In this document: positions 33,430 to 36,955 of the stretch, one piece after another
How positions within the stretch are numbered: the stretch's first letter is position 1
Layout of the letters: each line of letters starts with the position of its first letter
From: Octopus bimaculoides
Lineage: Eukaryota
Length of the DNA stretch: 36,955 bases
Reading direction: 5' to 3'
NCBI RefSeq assembly: GCF_001194135.2
Contig: NC_068995.1
Location: 25,714,576 to 25,751,530 of the forward strand
Notes under the pieces: generated by a model
The model's input: only the letters and a program-made list of their open reading frames with translations
The model's database searches: none
What the model was told of the DNA's origin: nothing
Position numbers and translations under genes: made by a program

Positions 33430-33960
33430 TCGGAGATATATCAGTTCAGCCGGAACTGCCTTTAAACGGTGTCTGTACACCCACAGTCCTCTTTTAGGGT
33501 TCCGGAGAGACGTTACGCCACGTCTCTGTCCAGTCACGTGTGGCACCTTAAGGATGAAGGAACTCCATGCGAAATAAAATGGCGGTTCATAGAGCAGCCC
33601 GGATCCTATATAAATGGGAGCTTTGCATAACAGAACGGGCAAAGATCTTTAAAGTTTCGCTGGACCCGAAATCTCTCTTCAACTCAAGACACGAAATCTA
33701 TATCCCGGCTCCAATTCCAGACCGAAACTTATCGCCCTTTAGGTCCATACGATCTGCCAACAGGACCGGTCTAAGGGAGATATTTCGTCCCGTTTAAATT
33801 AAATGTGTATATTCTCTGGTTTACAAATTAACTGACCGTAGCGGTTTTCTACCTCCATTTTGAAGAGAAGGTATATGCCCTTGACCATTATAGTCTGACG
33901 AGTCGTCTGTAAAGCTAAGCGCTTTATGGATGCGAAACCATTAGTCACTCTATGGCGGGA
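33430..33960 (+). mobile_element. Penelope-like element (Naiad-like) 3' end: GIY-YIG remnant plus pLTR
   Basis: RYISSAGTAFKR.LYTH.SSFR..YATSLSSHVWHLKDEGTPCEIKWR..ELCITERAKI..LFNSRHEI across two frameshifts, followed by a hammerhead. Confidence 0.8.
33885..33955 (+). ncRNA. Type I hammerhead ribozyme, canonical core, long stem II
   Basis: ccattatAGT-CTGACGA-G(T)CGTCTGTAAAGC taagc GCTTTATGGATGC-GAA-AC catta GT-C-ACTctatgg. Stem II has 13 bp (3 G-U, one bulge). GUC site at 33944-46. Confidence 0.8.
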
Positions 33961-34445
33961 CATATATTTAACTTCACGTAAATACATTACCATATATNNN
34001 NNNNNNNNNNNNNNNNNNNATATATATATATATATATATATAATTATATACGCGCGCGTGTGTTGTGTGCGTGTGCGTATATTTAAGTTTATCTCTAGAT
34101 TTTCTATTGAATTCAGATCCAGTACTAAAAGTTACGACGTATGTTATACGAATACGTCTATGCAAACAATGCGATCGAAGATAGAAAATATAGGTAATGA
34201 GTGTATATGCATATTTCAATAATTAATTCCCGTTCATCAGTACCGCATCCAACTCATTAGCTATACACGAACACATTGCTTAAATGCCCTCTAAGTTTAG
34301 CAGTGAGGACTGGTTAGACCAATTTACATAATAATGACATATATTCCTGCCAACTGGTACAAGCAATTAACATGTATAATCATACACACACACATTTATA
34401 AAATATAAAATATTTATAAAATATATATATGTATGTATGTATATA

Positions 34446-35109
34446 NNNNNNNNNNNNNNNNNNNNNNNNNNNNNNNNNNNNNNNNNNNNNNNNNNNNNNN
34501 NNNNNNNNNNNNNNNNNNNNNNNNNNNNNNNNNNNNNNNNNNNNNNNNNNNNNNNNNNNNNNNNNNNNNNNNNNNNNNNNNNNNNNNNNNNNNNNNNNNN
34601 NNNNNNNNNNNNNNNNNNNNNNNNNNNNNNNNNNNNNNNNNNNNNNNNNNNNNNNNNNNNNNNNNNNNNNNNNNNNNNNNNNNNNNNNNNNNNNNNNNNN
34701 NNNNNNNNNNNNNNNNNNNNNNNNNNNNNNNNNNNNNNNNNNNNNNNNNNNNNNNNNNNNNNNNNNNNNNNNNNNNNNNNNNNNNNNNNNNNNNNNNNNN
34801 NNNNNNNNNNNNNNNNNNNNNNNNNNNNNNNNNNNNNNNNNNNNNNNNNNNNNNNNNNNNNNNNNNNNNNNNNNNNNNNNNNNNNNNNNNNNNNNNNNNN
34901 NNNNNNNNNNNNNNNNNNNNNNNNNNNNNNNNNNNNNNNNNNNNNNNNNNNNNNNNNNNNNNNNNNNNNNNNNNNNNNNNNNNNNNNNNNNNNNNNNNNN
35001 NNNNNNNNNNNNNNNNNNNNNNNNNNNNNNNNNNNNNNNNNNNNNNNNNNNNNNNNNNNNNNNNNNNNNNNNNNNNNNNNNNNNNNNNNNNNNNNNNNNN
35101 NNNNNNNNN
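34446..35109. other. Assembly gap (about 660 N)
   Basis: N run flanked by (TA)-rich sequence. Other gaps: 1295-1347, 2167-2176, 21341-21350, about 32166-32251 and about 33998-34019. Confidence 0.95.
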
Positions 35110-35179
35110 CTTATATTAAAACGTGCCACTTCAGACGACATTCATCATTAATATTATATATATACCCGTAGTAATAAAA

Positions 35180-35213
<34 letters not shown>

Positions 35214-35329
35214 ATGGATTCTCTCGTCGTGACCGAGAAATAAGGGTTCAGTAAAATAAAGCGTTAATCATGTTCTATGGACACGAATGTGTCTCTTGAG
35301 GCCTCCTGGTGCCTTGCAAACCTTTTGAC

Positions 35330-36445
35330 AAATGGAACAAGTTGAGGACTTGTGGATCATTTACTATGTTTTCTTGAGTGGACGGCAAAGCCTGCGTTGC
35401 TTCGTGCCGCAAGACAACAATGACAGGCAAGGTTTCCATTTATAGGACCAGTGTTTGCAACGCGCCTTCATATTTGTACGAGGTTGATCCCGATGGTGGA
35501 GCCGACTGTGATCAAATCATTGAACTGAGGAGAAGCAGGACTGGTGCCATGTCCTGTATTCTGATGCTTTGTTTTCCCAGAAAGAAAAGGGAATGTTGCA
35601 TCGTTTCAGATTTTCTTTTAATTTGTCTTTGAAGCGCAAGAGTGGCCTTCCAACTGATCTTGTTAAGAATTGGCCAAAGAGAAATTGCTTCGGATTTCTG
35701 GTATCACTCATATGTGAGAGATGGCCTGTCCATTTCAGCTGTATTCTGATGAGGAGGGCTTCAGTACCTGATATGTTGCATTTTGTTAGTACCTCACTGT
35801 TATGAATATGGTCACTCGGTTTTATGTTGAAGATAGTACGCAAACATCGCATATGAAAAGCGTCAAGCTGGTTGATGTGCTTTCGGTACAGAGTCCACGA
35901 TCCAGCACGATATAGCAATGTTGTCAAGACCACTGACCTATATACATTTGACTTTCACCTTGAACGATACGTTATGACTGTTCCAAAGCCAATGATAAAG
36001 CTTACCGAAAGTGGAGCTAGCCTTCCCGATTCTGGACTCAATTTCTTTATCTATCTTCGCATCATTGGGCACAATGGAACCAAGATAAGTGAAGGAGGAA
36101 AAAGTTTTTAATGTTTTCCCATCAACATATACAGTAGGGGCAAAAGCGAGAAGATGGTCACGAATGGGCTGATAGACAAGCTAAATTTTCTTGATGTTGA
36201 TAGTCAGACCAAAAGCCTTCGATGCGCGTGAAAAGTTGTTTAGAATCCATTGCATATCCTTGAGAGTGTATGATACAAGCGCACAATCGTCTGCGAAGAG
36301 TAAATCTCGAATTGTTTGCACCAAAGTCTTAGGTTTTGCTTTGAAGCACTGTTGGTTGAACAAGCCACCACCATTTCTGTACTCGAACTTTACGCTTTTT
36401 TTAACACCTCCAAACATTGTTTTCAACATGACGGAGAAATATATA
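35330..36445 (-). mobile_element. RTE (BovB-like) LINE, 5'-truncated
   Basis: YRNGGGLFN..TIRDLLFADDCAL..FGLTINIKK; VLTTLLY..SWTLYRKH..LDAFHMRCLR.I..QLKWTGHL..GRPLLRFKD.LK. Confidence 0.9.
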
Positions 36446-36692
36446 TGCATATAATTATTAAACAATCCAAGGAAAAAACAGTTTCTTTCTAAGTGATGGA
36501 AAACATCCAATTTATATTGGTTCTTCAGTTAAATACCACAATATAGTAGAGAAAATATCCCAACTTAAAATGGTATACTTTCAATACATAAATATTGCAG
36601 AAAATAGAGAAATACAATTGACATATTAAAAATTTATTAGCAGTTTAATATAACATAATTACACTATAAAAAGATATAATATGATATATTGT

Positions 36693-36955
36693 TGGCACTC
36701 CGTCGCTTACGACGTCGAGGGTTCCAGTTGATCCGATCAACGGAACAGCCTGCCCGTGAAATTAACGTGCAAGCGGCTGAGCACTCCACAGACACGTGTA
36801 CCCTTAATGTAGTTCTCGGGGATATTCAGCGTGACAAGGCTGACCCTTTTGAATTACAGGTACATCAGAAACAGGAAGTAAGAGTGAGAGAAAGTTTTGG
36901 TGAAATGAAAGAGTACAGCAGGGTTCGCCACCATCCCCTGCCAGATCCTCGTGGA
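36693..36955 (-). mobile_element. SINE family C, 3' portion (runs off the window)
   Basis: Close match to 5763-6030. Confidence 0.9.

Noticed and set aside
33271-33797. ORFs 33271-33642, 33281-33577 and 33567-33797 as a host gene
   Set aside because: They are frame pieces or the antisense of a frameshifted PLE endonuclease plus low-complexity sequence.
34380-35171. ORFs of 228-253 aa
   Set aside because: They are almost entirely X from the N gap. The same applies to the ORFs at about 1199-1523 and about 32054-32328.
1-36955. Uni-strand piRNA-cluster-like orientation bias of the TE fragments
   Set aside because: Coding remnants are split roughly evenly between the plus and minus strands.
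1-36955. CRISPR arrays, operons or prokaryotic defence systems
   Set aside because: There is no regularly spaced repeat-spacer array and no intact gene. The sequence is eukaryotic repeat-rich DNA.

Overview
AT-rich eukaryotic DNA with dense microsatellites and six N-gaps. I see no host protein-coding exon, rRNA, true tRNA gene or CRISPR array. The SINE families and microsatellite style suggest an octopus or other cephalopod genome (inference, not verified). The window is a graveyard of decayed and nested mobile elements: five Penelope-like element (PLE) remnants, two or three restriction-endonuclease-type (R4/Dong-like) LINE remnants, four RTE LINE remnants, a full-length mariner, a TIR-complete Charlie/SPIN-type hAT, three Chapaev3-like CMC pieces, a Tc1 end, about 12 tRNA-derived SINE copies, and lower-confidence L1/Tx1 ORF1-like and tyrosine-recombinase remnants. 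The strongest signal the ORF track does not show is a set of type I hammerhead ribozyme folds in the 3' pseudo-LTRs of the PLEs. Two have complete catalytic cores and stems (13451-13505 minus; 33885-33955 plus). The first also has a head-to-head inverted copy (14739-14792) bracketing the element. Three more are degenerate. All family assignments come from protein and TIR motifs recognised by eye; no database search was run. Many boundaries are approximate to tens of bp.
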